This document shows, piece by piece, positions 1 through 14,400 of a stretch of DNA of 62,200 nt. The notes under the pieces are model-generated. The model saw nothing but the letters and a program-made list of their open reading frames with translations, did no database searches and had not been told where the DNA came from. Numbering within the stretch: the stretch's first letter is position 1; every line of letters begins with the position of its first letter. Source of the stretch: Parasitella parasitica NRRL 2501 (lineage: Eukaryota; Fungi; Mucoromycota); contig MU619341.1 of the NCBI GenBank assembly GCA_025201805.1, forward strand, positions 52,566 to 114,765, read 5' to 3'. The translations under genes and the position numbers were made by a program.

Positions 1-249
1 TATTACATGTTCTACTGTACATTAATAGCTTATTCCTTGTCATTGTATACAAAGAATTACCAATCTAATAATTGCTTAATCTCATGCCTTTCTGGCACAA
101 CAAGCACCATTAGGATTGATGACGCTATACGGTTAAGTCCCAAGATGATTTGGTTTACAAATAATGCAGACGAACAAAAACACACAAAGGAAACGAGGGG
201 ATAAAAATAAAAACGAAGATGGAGACAGCAAAGCGGAAGTCCCAAGTGT

Positions 250-452
250 GATTTATTGAGCTCACCGAAGTCATCCAATTGATCATAGGCTTCGATAAAC
301 AGCAAAATAAACACTGTCTTATGCGCCATAAGTACAGGCATGATCATCGCTATCTGAGCATAACTTGATTTCCACTGAGCAATGTCTCTATCAAAAGTTA
401 GCTGCAAAAACAGTTTCGCGTTTTCACTGTCGGAGTTTAAAAGTGAAATCAC
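250..452 (-). repeat. Decayed dispersed repeat/coding remnant, copy 1 (homologous to ~43150-43370)
   Basis: 336-430 aggcatgatcatcgctatctgagcataacttgatttccactgagcaatgtctctatcaaaagttagctgcaaaaaca aligns without gaps to 43274-43350; minus-strand peptides LFLQLTFDRDIAQWKSSYAQIAMIMP vs LFLQITFNRKLAHWKPSYVRIAMIIP. Confidence 0.75.
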
Positions 453-1330
453 GTGATGATTTGTTTCTCCGCTTGGTAAAAAAACTTGGCATGTCGAATT
501 GTAGTTATTGCGCAGCCCCAGGTCCTAAAATGATCGCACGAGTTAGGCATCAACATTGACAGCACGAAGTCGCTTAATAGATCAAAGTAATTTCGCAAAC
601 TGAAACTGTTTAAGATGTTTTTTATACCAGACATTTCTATATAATATAAAATATTATCGGCGACATTTAAAGTTAGTTCTGATCAGGTACGATGGCCATG
701 GCAACTGTGGCAAAATGATGGTGTAACCATTGTTTTTTACCGGTAAGATTAATTAAAATTAGAGCTACTGGCAAAGTTTAACAAATATTTGATCCGGTAA
801 TGTTCGCCTTGACAACGCCCTAATCAAAATAATGGCAATCATCGTATTCCACTATAAATATAAAAGAAATATTACTGAAGATCAGTTAGCTGCTTGAAAT
901 TCTGATACGTTGTTTTCCATGCGGAATATAAGGAAAGAACTTGTAAGGATTGCGATATGAACACATCAAATGTTACCTATCCTACCAAACCATTCAATGC
1001 TTTTTAAATTCAAGTATTCAATTTCTTCCAAAAAAAATCGCTTTGATTAGCATTGCATTGCGTGAGACAGCTCAGTTAAATTATTTATTTACATTTTTGT
1101 ATTTCTCTAAATTAAACATCTATATAACATGCACTACGACTATAACTGCTATTCGAATAATTGTACTTTATTCTACTGTGTATTTCAACATAATACATTA
1201 TTTTAAATTTCTTAATGGGGACAAATTATTACATGTATAATAGATATCTGCTCAACAGTTTAGACTCTCGTTGTACTACCATAAGTATTTGTAATTTGTC
1301 AAGAAAATGATATTTCGCCATAGTTAATGT

Positions 1331-2094
1331 TTATTGTATGATAAAACCCCATTTTTTAAAACGAATACGAGCAAAAAGACCACCAAAAACAAGAACCAAA
1401 GAAACCCAATGTAGCCAAATCAGATGAGGATTGTATAAATTATTGTACATGTAATCTGCACGCACTCCTAGCTGAGCTGTGAACCATACAAGAAGCAACA
1501 AGATGTAGCCAAACATACGGTGATACTTCCAAAGACTCTTGGCCTTCTCTACAGATCCAAAAATCAGTTTGGGTAAAAATGCCATGGACAAACCAAATAC
1601 TGCTTGGATAAAAAGATAAATAAACACAAACAACCCCATTTGACCATGAAATCTAGCAATGATAAAAACAAGTAAGTGTTATGTGCCATTAGCCATTTGC
1701 GAATAATATGTAGGTACGATTCAAAATGGTGTTTTCCAGAAATAATCTTATTGTAGATGATGAGCGAAAATCCGGAAATTGCAGACAAGTAACATAATGT
1801 TTGAATAATCGCATGGCATTTTAATCCTCGCTTCTTCTCGGCCACTGTTGCTGTTGGTTGTAATAAAGAGACCCCTTCAGTCACCAAAACGACAAAGGTG
1901 GTCATGAATATGGGGTGATATGTGAAAATACTGAGTGGTATACGAACAAGAACGGAAACAACTAGCCCAACAAACAGAGCTAAACCTGATATAATGCTCC
2001 ATTTAGCACAAACATCTTTTCTATTCCACTGTATTTGTGATTGCTGCTGCTGATGAGTGAGAGGAGTATCTTCGCCTACTTGGGGAGAAGCCAT
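1331..2094 (-). CDS. Cytochrome b561 family membrane protein (2 exons, intron 1653-1717)
   Basis: Multiple TM helices with four spaced heme-ligand His (TYHPIFM, KCHAIIQ, SFHGQMG across the splice, KYHRMFG); a GT-AG intron joins the two ORFs in frame. Confidence 0.85.
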
Positions 2095-2443
2095 TTCAAA
2101 AGAAAGAAGTTTTTTTTTTTTTTTTTTTTTTTTTTTNNNNNNNNNNCAAGCCGAGATATTGATCTTCCAGGGAGTTTCAATGGATCAGAATGAAGCAACA
2201 AAACATAAAGTAGAGATGGCGCTAAAAGAGTTGTTTGATATGCACAACATCTCTTTCTCTCTTATTTTTCTGTGGTTTTATTAGACATTAAAAGCGAGAG
2301 ATAAGGAGGAAAGAGATAAAAGCTGAAATAGTGTTGCAGATTTTTTGGCTGTGTTGCATCTGAAAGAATAAACAAGAAAATCTCTGCATCAGCGTTGAAA
2401 ATGAAATAATTGCCGATTAAACATATATTATTACTGCATAGTA

Positions 2444-2971
2444 TTATTCGTCTTTCACTCTTGGCTTTCTACTTGCACGAATTGGCTTATTTACGTTATC
2501 GGCTGGTTGTGATTCTAGAGGATCGGGAATACTCGATACGATATCTTTTAAAAAATCAAATTTATCGACGGTTTCAACAGTTTTTTTCCTATATGACATG
2601 ATGAATAAATGAATTGATGTAACAAGAAATGTATTTACAAATGCGCAACTGTTAATCGTTTTGCACTTCTTTCGCGGGATTCTTGACATGCTTGATCGAT
2701 TAAAGATTGCATGAATAATTCCAATGCTTTGGCTATATTTTACTCGATTAGTATTTAGAGCATAATGTGGGATAGCTAGCAACTAACAAATTAAGATTGG
2801 AGTAGCTTGAGCAACTTTGCCGACATCTTCATCCAACTGCATGATTTTTTTGATACGCGCCTAGTGCAAGTTGAAAACAAGAATTTGATACTGATTTTTT
2901 TTTTTTTTTTTAGTGTTTATTCTTATACATTGGCTTACCACAGGAAATTTTGTCTTGTACTTTTTTTTCAT
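2444..2971 (-). CDS. BUR6: Negative cofactor 2 alpha subunit (DRAP1/Bur6), histone fold, 4 exons
   Basis: Spliced product [84 protein letters not shown] is the NC2-alpha signature. Confidence 0.92.
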
Positions 2972-4382
2972 TTCGTATTAATATTATCCAGATTAAAACG
3001 AAAGAAAGAGAGAAAAAGGGAGAGAAAATTTTTTTTTTGTTGCACTTGTACACAGCTGAACTTGTATCTGAAAGTTAATGGCTTAGATCGAAGGGCATAC
3101 ACTGGTACTTTATGAACTTATGGTACCGTTGGGAAAGACATATATTAAAGGATTGGTTATGATATATCTCTTGATAAAATCATTTTCAGTAAATTAATAC
3201 TCACCGTATTGCAAATATCCAAATTTGATAGAGAGATATTGTTTAATGCCCAACGATTATTCGAAGACGAAAGCTGAAAAAAAAATATATTTGTAGATCG
3301 TAAGTAGATCGCAACATTTTTCAGTACCTTAGTGGCAAACTTCTAGAAGCAAGTATATAAATCTACAAAGCACTCAATATTTTGTCAACTGATTGGAAAT
3401 TGTGAATATGAAAGTAAACCTCCTAATAATCCACAACCTTAGAGCAATAAATTGTTTTATTATATTGTATTGTCTGTTTTTGTCTTTGTCTTTGTCTTTG
3501 TCTGTCTCTGAATAAAATAAGAGAATTGATTACATCTCAAGGGTTGAGCTTTCACCTTTTTAACAGTGATTGGAACCAGTTATGCATGCCTCGAGTTCCT
3601 CTTGGCTGAAGGTTATATCCATATTGCTTTTTGTATTCGTACGGGCGACTGGTCATGTAGTTTTCAAATGATTTTAGGTTATGGAATCAATGCCGGTAAT
3701 ATGCCTTGTTCGTTTGATCCGGTAGCCCATCAATATTCAACAACAAGATGTATTATAGTTAACAGATACAAGTGTTTATATGATAAAACTGGCCAAGTTG
3801 TTGATGATTGCAGTGAAAAAATACGACGGAAGGTACCCAAGGCATAGGCTCATCTATTATCAATAGGTATTACTTGATATAGATTCTATTCTTCTATAGC
3901 CCACATACTGGAACCACAAACTACAATGCCCACAATTACCTCTCGATACATTATTTGACGAGTAATACCTATACATCTCTCTTGGCAATCCCTTTAAGCT
4001 GACAAATTCATTTCAATCAAGTTGTGATACGTTAAGAAGACTACTCTAAGGAATACCCGATAACAAATGCTTACTATCTACATTTACAGGGCTTTGATTA
4101 CTCTCAAGGATAAGCCCTAATAGCTTCATTTTGATGGTAGCGAGTTGCCTCTCGACGTAACCTATTGACGCGATTTTCAAGCTTTGTTTCATATAGAATT
4201 TGGCCATAAAGAGAAAACTGGCTTTATAAGAGCTTGGCAATATTTTGACCAAGGTACCAAGTGCCTTCATAAAGATATATGCGAGCATACTTCACTCTTA
4301 AACATCGCATTGCAAAGAGACAAATTTAAATGCGAAGAGAATAAGTCGAAGAGTTTCCATAGCAAACATAAAAAAAAATTGT

Positions 4383-6675
4383 TTATTCTTCATTCTGATT
4401 AAAGCCATCAATTGGATTATGTTCCCTTGAAAGAATAGGTATTTTCCGCTTTTGCTGTTCGACTTTTCTTTGTTTTATATTCTGCTCAATTTTACTCTTC
4501 CATAACGCTAGTTGCCCAAACTTGAGTTTAGTTAACAAGACTATTGCTTGACCTTTTGTAATTTTTGAAGGTATCTCTATTTTGTAGTTTTTCAAAGCCT
4601 TCAATTGTGCTTCAGTGACATTGTCGTGGCGATACGGTGCTGATTTCCACATTTGCTGAAAAGCATGTTTAGGAAGAGTTTGAAATTGCTTTCGAAGCCA
4701 AGTGTCAGCGCCTCGGATGGCTTCTGCTTGTGTGTACGTTTCGAGACCTATAGAAAATGGTTTGGCGAAGAAAGATTTGCTCGTATTCTGGAATCTAAAT
4801 GTACCAGACCACCTTTGTGTTTCTATGAGCAGTAATATTAGCAATATAATCGACCATCTATGAATGAAAACCGACCTTTTGATCTTTCTAGGATAATATG
4901 TCCTTTTGTAGGCACATGTAAGACACTTTTATCATTGCCCACATCAACCCATCCAAAAGGGGAAGCTTTATAAGTGACAACTGAGGTTGATAAGTCTGCT
5001 ATGAGCTCGTTTAGGTCATCATACTCTGTCACTTTAATTTTGACACGAAGAGGATCAACTGCTAAAAATGCCGCCTCTTGTTTTTCTAGTTCAGTTGCGT
5101 AAGACATTTATCCATACATATTGGTATGGATTTGTCAAGAGCTTTACCTTGCTCTGCTGCGACCTGTTGTTTTAACAGCTCTGATTGCTTTTGATCTGTG
5201 ATAACCTTTTGCTCCAATTCTAAAATATCGCGATTTTCTATTGCTTCCGATGCATTCAAGCCCAATAATGTAGGGATTGTAATAAGGCTATGTTTGCCTT
5301 TGTCCTTGAAATTATCTACAAAATCAATTACTAAACAATCTTCTTTCCCAGGAAACAATCGTAATCCACGGCCAAACATCTGCTGAAATAAGGTAGCGGA
5401 TTGAGTGGGCCTAGTAAGCAGGATGCAATCCACAATTGGTATATCGGTTCCTTCAGTAAGGATGGCTATCATCATCATTTTTTGTTAATTTTCGGTGTAT
5501 GTTCATTCAATGTAAGCTTATTACCGCAATTCACAAGCACAGGAATCTTGCCCTGCCTAAATTCTTCCAATATCTGATGTCTTTCTATCACATTTGATTT
5601 GCTTGTTATACATTTCGCATTGATACCAGCGTCAATGAAAGTATTGCACATTTCTAGCGTGTGGTTGATATCCACTGCAAACACTAATGTAGCCTTTCTT
5701 CCTTTTTCAAGCGCATATTTCTTCCAAGTAGACACAATCACTTTGTTACGGTAATCTGTATTGACAGCTGCCGCCAATTCTTTTTGCACAAAATCTTCAG
5801 AGGTTGAACGCACAGCACTCAAATCGATTGATGTTCTGATGATTGTTACTCGCATGGGACAAAGGTATTTGTTTTCAATCATCTCCAAGAACCCTTTGTG
5901 ATATGTAATTGCATTAAATACTTGCCGTAAAGCTTCTCCATCGTGTCGTCTTGCTGTGGCAGTGCATCCCCAAAGTAATTTCTTGCATCCGCTTTCATCG
6001 TGGAAACCAAAATATTCGAGAATACGTTTGTAAGTCGCTGCTGTGGCATGATGCGCCTCATCGATTAGTACAGCCTTGAACAATTCTGGGTCATACTGGG
6101 TAATGCGAGATGAATCAAGTCTTCCTAATGTGGGTACAGAGGCAATGATGACATCTGCTTCGTCCACATCTACCTTTCTTTTCCCTTGCTCTACGTGGAC
6201 AATCTACCCAATAGTGATAAATTAGGATGTGGTTGCTGGAATAGGCTGCGTGGCTTACTAAATTTGGATTGTATCTCTTGATTTGATTATGGGCCTGATC
6301 CAGTAATTCAGTCCTATGGGCGAGCAGCAATACTTTGGTAGCCTGTGGTGTTGAAGGGGGTATCAACGGAATCAAATTCGACATGACGACCTAATAGAAC
6401 GGATTAGTACGACGCAGTAATGCTACATCGATGCACGCTCTTACAGTTTTTCCGCTCCCTAAGTAAAGTTAGATGGCCGTATTCGTTCTTTATTTAAAAT
6501 CGTTCAAATTACCAACTGGCAAGGACACAATCTGTTTGGAGCAGCCTTGGTTGTATTCTCGCAATGTTGCATCTATGCATTCTTTCTGATATGGTCGTAG
6601 CAAGCCATATGTGATGGCAGTTGAGCTGAGCCGTTTTATGGTCAAGTTAATAGTGCGCAGCCTTGATTTATCCAT
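4383..6675 (-). CDS. IRC3: IRC3-like SF2 DEAH DNA helicase (probably mitochondrial), multi-exon
   Basis: LRPYQKECI, LPVGSGKT (via a micro-exon), LLLAHRTELLDQ, DEAHH, ATARRHD, TEGTDIP, LTRPT..LFQQMFGRGLR; basic/Ser-rich N-terminus. Confidence 0.88.
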
Positions 6676-6772
6676 CTTTTGACAACCTGGAGGAGAAAGA
6701 AGCAGGAAAAGTTTTTTGGAAATGTATTCTGAGTTTTGCAGTGCCAAATTCAAAAGATGCTTTTTATTTTTA

Positions 6773-7640
6773 CTACTTTTTACACAGGTCTCTAACAATA
6801 GCTCTCGATTTATCCACCCGTTCTAAAAGCTGTTGGGATAATTTAACACCTTCTCTTCTACGTTGTCTAGCAGTCTGGAAGCCACTGGGACATTCTACAC
6901 CATCCAGACTGATCAATCCTTGCATGATCTTTTCTGATAAAAAGATTCCCTTATCCTGCAATTTCTTTTTGTCGTTCTCCTGCAACGATTGAGAACTTGA
7001 TGCCGAGATCATATCTTCGAGCTCTTGTATTTGATCTACCGTGCCGTCTGATAAAGTGTCCACAATCTTTGCAATTCGAAGCATGAGCCCATATTCCTCG
7101 GGATTACCAGATGCCGTTTGTTTGACAACGGATTCCTAATTTCAAAAACATTGTTGGCCACATATTCCAATAACTAAAACCATACACAGCTCCATCTTAC
7201 ATCAGCTAATTCACCATTCAAAGAGATTATTGACTTGGCATGGACACCAACACTGGATAAGATAGCATTATCATCCTTCAAGTTGGCTGCATCTCAGAAA
7301 ATAAGAAAAAAAGGTCTTGCCATTTCAAATAAACACGCAACTACTTACCACCCGATACTTGAATTTTCATTGTTGCAATGGGCACGTTTGTCAAAAGTTT
7401 ACATTTCTCCTTTAAATCTCTTACAGTAGCTTGATCGAATCCCCGTGAAAACTCTTTAAAATTTAACTGTAGCCTCTTGCTTTTCCATTCAAGTAAAACT
7501 GTTGTTCTGATTTCTCTTTTGGAAGTTTTGCGATAGCCAAAGACAGACTTTAGGCTGGCAATAAAGACCTTCCAAAAGAGAAATACCAAGTAGAATATCT
7601 CGTAAATTGTTTGTGCTGTTGTACGTTGTATGTGAACCCT
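6773..7640 (-). CDS. Ubiquitin-like + BAG domain co-chaperone (BAG1/Bag102-like); 5' end uncertain
   Basis: UBL (TVRDLKEKCKLLTNVP..MKIQVSG..LKDDNAILSSVGV) followed by BAG (LSEKIMQGLISLDGVE...ARQRRREGVKLSQQLLERVD); hydrophobic N-terminal stretch; no in-frame ATG in this exon. Confidence 0.8.
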
Positions 7641-8459
7641 TTTTTACAAAAAAAAAAAGCTCACTTTTTGTTTCTTTTTGTAAAGAGAAAAGAAAGAGCG
7701 TGCAATGTCAATGCGTGACCAACATATTTCGCTTTTGCTGCTCTGATGGCTGAATCCAATCCCCTTTCATATCTGTTGATTGTAGCATGGAACAGGGTTT
7801 TCTTTTACAAAGTCTACTAGAAAAACATGCTTTGTGGTTATAAGGTTAGTTGTGGATAACCCAAATGGCATAACATGGTGTTAGCTTCAGTAATAGTCAT
7901 CCGCCAATTTTTAGGAACTATTTGGTGCAATTCTGAGCTCTTGAATACGCCAAATGAACCATAAATTTTCGCCATAAGTATTGTTTTCGCCTGCATTTGG
8001 GTACTTATATCATTTTATGCGTATTCAGTAGATTCTTTACAATGTCCAGTTTACCGCAAAATTTTTTGTTCTTGGAGAAAGCAGATTTCAGATGTATTAG
8101 TTCCATTTTTCGGTCATTTCATTCTTAAGATGTCCCTTTTTTTAGAGGTGTCAAAAGCAATAGATTACAGTATTTGATTAATTTGATAAAGCTACATTGT
8201 GAAATTGCAATGTAGCTACACTATAAGTATTTGATGTGAAGATAGGATCCTTATCAATTTAAATGGACACTATATTATACATCATGTTTCAAGGGGGCAT
8301 CATTTGGAATTAGTTGTAACCTAAAGGCTTTATGATGCTACAATTTCTTTTGCCCTGAACCGTGTATCTACATCCGATAATAAATCTTATAATTAAAGGT
8401 ATTCTCCCTTTGAGCAGTACAACTACAATTGCGCATTGTTTCCTCTTATACTGCTACGC

Positions 8460-8552
8460 CAAGTCTTGAAAATGAGCACGGCCAGATACAAAACTAATGA
8501 TTTATTCATTGATAAGAAGCTGTCTATTTATATAAAATAAATCTGCATAAAT
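8460..8552 (+). repeat. Decayed dispersed repeat, copy 2 (inverted homology to ~43460-43600)
   Basis: aagtcttgaaaatgagcacggccagatacaaaactaatgatttattcattgataagaagctgtctatt matches the reverse complement of 43478-43597 with an internal deletion; 21-nt exact core attgataagaagctgtctatt. Confidence 0.7.
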
Positions 8553-9602
8553 CAATCTACTATAAATAAATTCAGATCCTGTTTGCTTATAGCACAGTAG
8601 TAGTCAGAGCAAGACGTATATATATTTAATCAGCTAGTTATTATAAATGTGAATAATTCATTGATAAGTTTAACTTCGCAATTTAGAATAAGTAGAACCC
8701 AAATAGATAGTCTTTTATACAAGGCGTTGTATTGATTACTTCTATTTACTATATAATAGAATGTGCGGTGATACTTAACCTTGGATTCGATCAGGAACGG
8801 TTGCCATGACAACTGAGTAGTAACAATGGAATTCAATGGATACAACATATACACTTGGCAGCCTCCTATAAACGAAGGTCGAATTTTACCGTAGCGTAGT
8901 GAAGATTCAAAAATCGCCAGAATGAGCGGGGTGGCCAGCTCGTATCAAATAAAATATGTCTTAGGCCTAGCATTTACCATTCTTAAAGGAACAAGGATTG
9001 CAATGAATATCTGCTTTGTTTGGAAAAGACGCTTGTATTGTTTATGAACATTGTTTATTTGTTTTGATATCATGCTAAAATGAAGTGCTCCGTAAATACA
9101 TGTAGCAATATAAATCAACAAGACAAGCAATTGTTTGATGGGATTTTTAATAACTAATCTATCATATATACATTGTAGAGTCTGACAGCAAATCTATAGA
9201 GATACACCTATTTAAACGTTCGTAACTGAGCTATAGAAAGAAACTTTTGTTGATTGTTGATTGTTACACAACTTTTTGCACATAATGCTGTACTCCAGCA
9301 TCTACAGGGAAGATACAAAGCTTTTTTTAAGGTTCAACTTCTCCCGCATTGTTTACATCATTGGTACCTTAATACAGAGAGTCTTGATCTCGTCGGATGT
9401 ATTATCTACGTGGTTCCCAAAATCTGTATGATGTACGGTCCCGAAATACAGTAAATTACAAACGAATCAAGTATGTGTCAGTATTATTTGAACTTTTGAT
9501 GGGCTATAATGGGCATATGCTTTTTATTGCTATTTACAACCATATATATGTCATATGTTCATATGTTTGTATGTTCATATATGTATCTTATACACAATAT
9601 AT

Positions 9603-10995
9603 TTACAAAATAGAAGGTTTGATAGTTGTGCTATTGATAGACGAGAAGTTCACAACGAGATGAAGGATATAACAGAACAGCTTGGCTTTCTGCACCCAGG
9701 GCTTAAAGTAGAGCGGTCGAGATATCCAACGACCCAACATTTGATCTCCTCGACGGATCCAAAGCGAGGAGCAGTTAAATTTACGTATAATTAAAATAGT
9801 TGATAGGAACATGGTTCGATGCAAAGTCGATTTGGATAAATTAGCAGTTAGGATAGGCTTAATTTGTGGCATGTCTGTTATGGAAGAAGGGGGTAGCTGT
9901 GGAATGAAACCACCTATGGTATCAATGGCATATTTGAAGAGCGATGTCAGGGACGGAACGCTACGAAGCATTTTTTGTGATGGCGGAAGGGAGGCAGTGT
10001 CTGGTGACAGTGGAGAGCGTGCTATTGCTTCTGTCATCTCGGGGTAATCATGGTGGTAGTGGTGGTGGTGATAATGGTGATGGTGATGCTGATGGTGAAT
10101 ATGATGGTGATGCTGGTGCTGAATTGCTGTATTGTGAGTCTCTATATTTTCTGATTCTAGCTTTTTTTCTTTGGATGTGGTTTGTACCGTATCTATCAAT
10201 TGTCTCATGGTTATCACCAAACTCCATTGGCTGAAGAGGTATCTCTTTTTTTGCTGCAATTGTATATTATCTAATGTCGGACATGATTCGCTTTTTCGCA
10301 AACTACAGGTGGTAAAGGACTCATGATCTGCATGTTTGTCAGATGTTGGTGAGCTAGCATTTAAGCTCAATTCTGCTTCTAGTATCAAGTTTTGTAAAGA
10401 TTGATTCATGCGGTTAAGGCTGTCATTTGTATGACTTTGATGTGTATATTCCGATTGGTTTACTATAAAATCGAATGATGTTGTAGTATCACTGTAATGA
10501 ATGTTAAATGAGATGTCATATTAGTGAAAGGCGGAGTGGTTCGTTATTGATCAACCTTACATTTCGGATGCAGAACTAGGTTGATTCCTCAGTCTCAGTA
10601 ACAGGGTTTGGTTTTTTAATTCGAGTCTGCGTAGAGTTAACTGTGTTATTCAAAGATTTACGTGATTCCATCATTCAAAAATACCTTTGACAGCTTATCT
10701 GATATGAAGTCAGCATAAATTGTGCATCCTGCATTGATCTCCTCAAAGACTGTAATAGATGATTGATTTCATCCAGCTAAACTAAAGAAATGAATACAAA
10801 CATGGCCCACATTAGGTCAGTATTACTTACCTTTTTATTCCATACTGTTGTTCTACAATGCTGTTGATATTTTTCTGCTAATGCAGCGGAATACGAAGGT
10901 GGAGATGCAGTGCTCATATCATTTTTCTGGTTTAAATTGCTCTCATAATCATAGTGCCTAAATTCTGTTATTACCAAGTCATAGGGTAAAGACAT
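9603..10995 (-). CDS. Hypothetical protein with poly-His tract, 4 exons
   Basis: ATG 10995; GT-AG introns keep the frame through LDEINHLLQSLRRSM, RLELKNQTLLLRL and into ORF 9603-10409; no family recognised. Confidence 0.65.
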
Positions 10996-13900
10996 TCACC
11001 AAATTTTATTTTATATATAGAAAGAATTTGAAAGTGAAGAGAAAGAAGGGAAAAGAGGAGGAAATGCAACAAGTGGCAATTTTGTAGTACATGAAATCTC
11101 GAAGAATAAATATTGTACATAGGACAATCTCGAAGAGATATTTGGTTTGTGTAACAATTAGCAATCCATGAATAGTAAGGGAAACACGTTTGTTCATGTG
11201 AATAATATAAAAAAAAAAGGTCAGTGTGTTTAACTATATTTCACCCCCAAAGTGTTGTTTATTATGTTCATATTAAATTATGTGAACAATGCATAGGCAC
11301 ATATAAACTGTAAACAAAAAACGCGAAAGCAGGTCAGTATCATATGGAAGTATGCAAATATATATATATATCAAAAAAAACGCAATTGTCCTGTAGTAAT
11401 AAAATTTAATTTAGTAGTGGTGATTTATTACAGAACCTTGCAATTTAGAGGAATCGATGCTTAAAAGATAATGGAATTATCTATTTTCACCCTTATAACT
11501 TATACTTCTGTTACATACACAACTGGTCTATATAACTATTGCCCATTTTACGGTATTACACTTAAAGGCACATTAGATATCCTGGCGGTTGGCATAGTAT
11601 TCAATGCTTTGTGAAATTGGAGCTTTGATGGTATTAGCTTCGCAAATACCTTGAACTATGTCAAACCTTTCAAAAGCAGATGTTACACTGACAACAACAA
11701 TAACAAAGTTTGAAAATGACAATATCATACAAAATATAAAAGTGTCAAATAAATACACATCAAATTTCTTTTGAAGGTGAAAACGATACTCTGGTTTCTG
11801 GTCTCTGATCATAAGATTTATATTGTATAGCATCATCTCTAAATCCAGCGGCAGCAAGCAACAAGCATTTTTCTTACTATTTTTGCTTTGTAAAATTGAG
11901 CATTGACGGCTATGACATTGGTGCTTATCATTTATTTGACTTTATACGATACACTCTTTGGGGTTTCTCTACTTTTTTTATTTTAAATTGTATCACTACA
12001 ACGCTTAAAGCAACTGTTGTGCGTCAGTGGAAAAAAAAAATACAGTATTAGCACAAAAGAAACATTTATTACAATATGTGATTTGACATGTATTAACTAG
12101 CAAAGTTTGGCAGCTAAAAACTTGACTTAATCCATCCTTATAAAACAGTTTCACAAGACAGCTAAATGAGTATGTAACGCTTATACCGGGAAAAAAGTGG
12201 TTGAATGTGCAGAACAGATAGAAATGAATATTCGACTTGTAAAATTACCTCATTATTCCGGCTGAAGCTTCAAGGGTGATCACATTGGCCGTATATGGCT
12301 CGCAGACTCAAAACTCAATACACCAGAAGGCGTGTTATTGGGGACCCCCTAACTAGATGTAATACATGGAGAGTTTCATGCGACAGGACAACACTACTCT
12401 AGACTTTTTTACAGTGGCCAAGTTGACATAGCTTCTGAGCTATTGATTGTCAAATTCAAAGACAGCCCAACAGATTTATATAATCTTCATTTGACGTAGA
12501 TGTAGAAAAGCTTTGGCTACAAACACATAAAAGAATGAGATACATAGGAGGCTTGATCACTTCCAGTGCTTCACTATCACTAATATCTCATGCTCCAGGG
12601 CGTGTTATTTTTGGCTTTTACATGAGGTTATGTATATAGACGCATAATGTTGTATGACAGTACGATTATGATGATAATTGATTATTGGTGCGATTTGAAT
12701 AAAAAACATGATCCACACCCTCCTTCAATTTTTTTATGATGAAAAATAGCAATACTATGCATTGATCCTATAAATTTTTTTAGCAATATGTTTAATCCAA
12801 TTTATATGAGACCTAGATGTTCATAAAACAAAGTTTGTGTTTGATCTAGACCGAGAGCGCAAAAAAAAAAAGAGATTTTTTCCATTTTATCCAAAGAAAA
12901 ACGAAAAGTAAAAACTTGGACATATCTCAATCATCAAAAAATTGCTGATCTCGAGTTTATTTTATGTGTTTTGATAGAGCTCAATTTTATCACATGGCTG
13001 AAACTACATTTCAAGGATAAAAACGTTTATTCAACATGTTACAAGGGAGCCATATGTTCAAGTTGCATAATTATCAGGGAGAATCGACGAAAAGAGGAGT
13101 ATCTGGGAGGCAAATGCAAATATAAAGAAACACGCAAAAAAACAAAGAAAAAATATTACATGACAAAGAATTATAGTTAAAGTGCAGGAGGCTGTAACTT
13201 TTGATATTGATGTTTATTTAGACGAGAGAAGAGAGAATTTCCGAAAAAAAAAAAAAAAAGAGGGAGTAGTAGGAGGGAAACAAAGTTCATCAGCAATGCA
13301 AATACGTATTGCACAGAACACACACAAAAGAAGGGTCTAACAGTGTACAAAAATGCTATTCCGATTTATGGTATTTCTCAACATTTTGTTTCTCTCTTGT
13401 GATGTTATTACCTTATAGATTAAGTGGCAATACATGTATCTTTATTCATAATCTCCATGTCGAATCAATAATATAGTTTTCTTTTCTTTTTATAACAGCT
13501 AAATGAACATGTGTAAAGTAAGATTCAGTTCAAAATTCCGTATACCGTGTCAATTATGATATAAATATAGGTCTCGACACACAGAAATGCATTTCTTATT
13601 TATAGAGACAAAGAATAATCTAGATCTCCCCTTTACAATAGATGCAAATAAAATCGATTATACAACAGACAATTTAAATACATTTTCGATTGAAGTTGAA
13701 AACGATTACAATCAATACAAGTGCAAAACTACTATCGTTACCTTGGTTCTTGCCTTCTTGATTTCGATTCAATAGTGTAGGAATATCGTTTCACCCAAAA
13801 CGAGCTGAGTCATATTTTCAGGGGTAGATCATAAACAAAAAGGGACAATTAATGCATTGATTCATATTTTATGTATGCGCATCAATTTTTACTGTGCGTT

Positions 13901-14400
13901 TTTTGTGTAATGTCGATAATTTGGGGGGGGGTTTTTTTTATATGCTTGAAAGATATGAACTAACTCGAGTAGATTTGAAGACAAAAGAAAGAGATTTGTA
14001 TTGATGGTAGAGCTAAAAAAGAGCATGCTAAAACTGCTCCTTTGGATGCTAAAAAAGACATCCCCTTTTATAACATCAAAATTGTTAAATAAGACTCCCC
14101 TAAGCATGAAAAAGCTATTTACAAGAAACGAGCCCCTATAATAATTTTGCAGCGTTTTTGAAAACCAACCAAAAAATAATCACCCAAAAATAATCATTGC
14201 TCTTTCTTTTTCTTTTTCATTTTTTTTTTTTTTTTTTTNNNNNNNNNNTGTTATCATTAAAATCATTTATAAATATATTTCTCTCATATCCTCTCCTTTA
14301 TCCTTAAACTATACACTCTTTTTTTTCCTCCAAGTTTTTAAATATATAAAATACAATAATAATTCAAGGTATAATAGAATTTAAATGTGCGTAAATGTAG

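Noticed and set aside
3535-4400. Short ORFs between NC2-alpha and IRC3
   Set aside because: No consistent splice model or recognisable motif; may be a decayed gene
8190-8217. 10-bp inverted repeat agctacattg/caatgtagct
   Set aside because: Short, isolated and with no associated element
11573-12650. Coding-like fragments and a repeated ggcgtgttatt in the long intergenic region
   Set aside because: Stops in all frames, no identifiable family, and the 11-mer repeat is too short to support
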